Source: the human T2T-CHM13v2.0 reference genome, Homo sapiens
Length of the DNA: 64,000 nucleotides
Strand: one strand, 5' to 3'
Assembly (NCBI RefSeq): GCF_009914755.1
Contig: NC_060930.1
A program made the position numbers and the translations under genes. The stretch's first letter is position 1. Every line of letters begins with the position of its first letter. Below the pieces are notes generated by a model, which did not search any database, had not been told where the DNA came from, and saw only the letters and a program-made list of their open reading frames with translations. Positions 61,162 to 64,000 of this stretch are shown here, one piece after another.

Positions 61162-62719
61162 TATTTTTTGTGTTTTATCTGGCTTTACTCATTATTATTG
61201 GAAGGAACATTAATATTGTACAAGCTATTCCATCATAGCCAAAAAGAGGAAGGCAATCTACGGTATTGTTTTTTATTGACAACTGGGGATAGAATTGGAA
61301 ACTCAGGTCTTTCTACTAGTCTCTTCCTTCATAATCTCTTATTTCAGAAGTGGAAGTTGATATTGGACATCTTCCAGTAGCCAAGTGTATATATTGCATT
61401 AATATAGTATGGATCTGGGAGATAACCGAATGATGTGTTATGACTACCATAATCTACCACTTTGACCAGCAAACCATAGTCACTCCTTGTTGGGAGAATA
61501 CAATGGATCAAACATACATTATGTCTGGGACTAGAAGAAAAATAATTTTATTCCTCTTCAGTTACTATACGGTAATCATTAATCTTAGATACTCCTAGAA
61601 TTAATGACACTCATTAACCAGTTTATCATTGATGTCATTGTTGTCATAGTAAATTAGAAATGAGGGATTATCTTCATCAATGTCAGTATTTCAAGTAATA
61701 CCAGCAAGAAATTAATAATAACCTGTATAGATGTGCTTGGGCAGATTCATTTGAGGCTGGGGAGAGAGAATAGCCAAGTACATCAAGTACATGGTCTGGT
61801 AAAAGTAAGGCGTCCAGTATGGCTAAAGTGTAGTGTACAATAGCGTGACAGAGAGTAAATGACTAGAATAATGAGTTGATGCCTTTTATTTACTACTTCT
61901 CTGCCTCTCACTGGGTAGAGAGGAGGTAAACAATATCAAATGTTGGCAAGTAACAATATCTTATTATGGCTTTACATTGAAGAATCAAGGCCTATAGTGA
62001 TTAGTAAGCACATAAAACACAATATTGAGAGTTCTAAGATCATTAGTATAAGAATCAGTCATCCTTAGTTTAAACCTATCTATGTCCCTGATTAAGCCCG
62101 TGTAATAATTTAACTATGCATGGAGTGAATGTAAAGCCATAAATACATTTTCTACCTTGTGTATCCCCAACTTAACTTTCCCTTATTTGAATCTCTGAAA
62201 TATCTATGGTCACTCTATTGCCGCCTAACAAGGGGCAAAATGTATGATGGATGAGAAGTCAGAATGAAGAAATACAACAGTCTTAACAATTTGCTGTTAA
62301 ATTATCTTACTTTTTGCAGATTGTACAAAAATATATGATGTTAAAAGGCTCCTGCAAGAAGGGGTCCCGAATATTAAGTCTTTTTAGATTAAAGGTAAGT
62401 CAGCCTCTGTATAAGGACAATTTCATTCCTATACTTGCTCTTATTTTCTTTCCTTTTTCTCTGGATTTGGCTCTCTCCTATCTTCTTTTTCTTGTCACTC
62501 TATTTATTCATCTTTTTTTTGCCTATTTACCAACTGGTTGTAATTTAGAAATGAAAAATATGTATCTTAATATTTTGATGTATTCATTTACGTAATAATG
62601 TAAGTTCTGAAGATTTGGAATGTATAAGTGAAAATGTCATTATGCTTTGTTTCTGTAAAATAAAAACTAAACTACATGTTTGGGTTGGGGGCTTTGGTTT
62701 TTGTTTTTAGTTCTAAAAT

Positions 62720-63910
62720 TTTTTGATACATTATATTTGAACATATTCATGGGTTATATGTGATATTTTGTTACATGCATGCAATGTAATGATGAAGTCA
62801 GGGTGTTTAGGGTATCTATCACCCACAATTTATCATTTTTATGCATTGAGTACATTTCAAGTCCTCTCTTCTAGTTTTTTTGAAAAATACTACACATTGT
62901 TGTTAACTATAGTCACCCTACTCTGCTATCAAACACTGGAATTTATTCTTTATATTAGTATAGGTTCATAACCATTAACCAACATCTCTGTATCTCCGTC
63001 CACTTCCTAGTCTCTGGTATCTATCATTCTACTCTCTACCCTGATGTGATCAACTTTTTAAACTCCCACATACGAGTGAGAACATGTGATATTTGTTTTT
63101 TTGTGCCTGGCTTATTTCACTTAACATTATGACGTCCACTTCCATCCATGTTACTGCAAATGACATGATTTCATCTTTTTAAATGGCTGAATACTTTCAT
63201 TGTCTATATATACTACATTTTCTTTATCCATTCATCCATTCATGGACCCTTAGGTTGATTCCATATCTTGGCTCTTGTGAATAGTGCTGCAATAAAGAAT
63301 GTGTGTATCCCTTTGATACATTACTTTCTTTTCCATTTGGATAAATACTAATTAGTGAGATTGCTTGATTGTGTAGTAGTTCTATTTTTAGTTTTTTGAG
63401 AAATCTCCATATTATTTTCCATAGTGGCTGTACTTACTTACATTCCAAGCAATGGTGAATAAGAGTTCCCTTTTCTCCATATCCTTGCCAACACCTGTGG
63501 TTTTTTTGTTTTGTTTGTTTGTTTGTTTTGTCTTTTTCATAGTAGCCATCCCAACTGGGGTAAAATGATATCTCATTGTGGTTGTTTGTTTTGCTTTTGT
63601 AGTGATGGGATCTCACTACTTTGCTTAGGCTGGTCTCAAACTCCTGGCTCAAGCGATCCTCCCACCTTGGCCTCTGAAAGTGTCGGCATTACAGTCATGA
63701 GCCACTGTGGCCTGACTTCATTGTGGTTTTGATTTGCATTTCCCTGATGATTAGTAATGTTGAGCATTCTTTCATGTACCTGTTGACCATTTATATGTCT
63801 TCTTTTCTTTCTCTTGCTCTCTCTCATTTTTCTTTTCTCAATGAAGAGAACAAATGCCTGTCTTCTTTTGGGAAATGTCTGTTCATGTTCTTTGCTCATT
63901 TTAAAAATGG
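62720..63910 (-). mobile_element. L1MA 3' end with an Alu monomer (~63585-63712); another Alu begins at ~63915
   Basis: L1 3'UTR motifs CTCCCACATACGAGTGAGAACATG and GTGAATAGTGCTGCAATAAA. Confidence 0.8.
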
Positions 63911-64000
63911 GGTTATTAATTAATTAATTAATTAATTTAATTATTTATTTTTGAGACTAGATCTTGCCCAGGTTAGTGTGCAGTGGTCCCATAGTTCACT

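Overview
Human genomic DNA from the MHC class II region (6p21.3). The window opens inside BRD2 on the + strand: the last seven coding exons encode bromodomain 2, the acidic tract, the coiled-coil/NLS, the ET domain and the Ser-rich SEED tail, with TAA at 4081-4083 and two AATAAA signals. About 23 kb further on lies an intact HLA-DOA gene on the - strand (5 exons, 250 aa, X/Y-box promoter at ~33.0 kb, ~2.6 kb 3'UTR). The rest is repeat-dense intergenic DNA (Alu, L1, L2, MIR, MaLR and ERV1 LTRs, hAT and Tigger DNA transposons) running toward the DP subregion. I see no new protein-coding system: nearly all other ORF-track entries are Alu, L1 or antisense artefacts. The most interesting structures are non-coding. 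(i) The HLA-DOA 3'UTR combines a degenerate proximal poly(A) signal (ACTAAA), a tightly spaced inverted Alu pair, and a CCTCCCT PRDM9 core in the spacer. (ii) BRD2 has an in-frame 105-nt Alu-derived cassette exon with a GC donor. (iii) A ~215-bp local templated insertion preserves the pre-Alu state of a site 2 kb away. (iv) There are two strong CTCF motifs and two lymphoid/myeloid enhancer-like motif clusters around HLA-DOA. (v) There is a near-perfect 104-bp tandem duplication. Repeat subfamily names and literature links are from memory, not from a database search; repeat boundaries are approximate.
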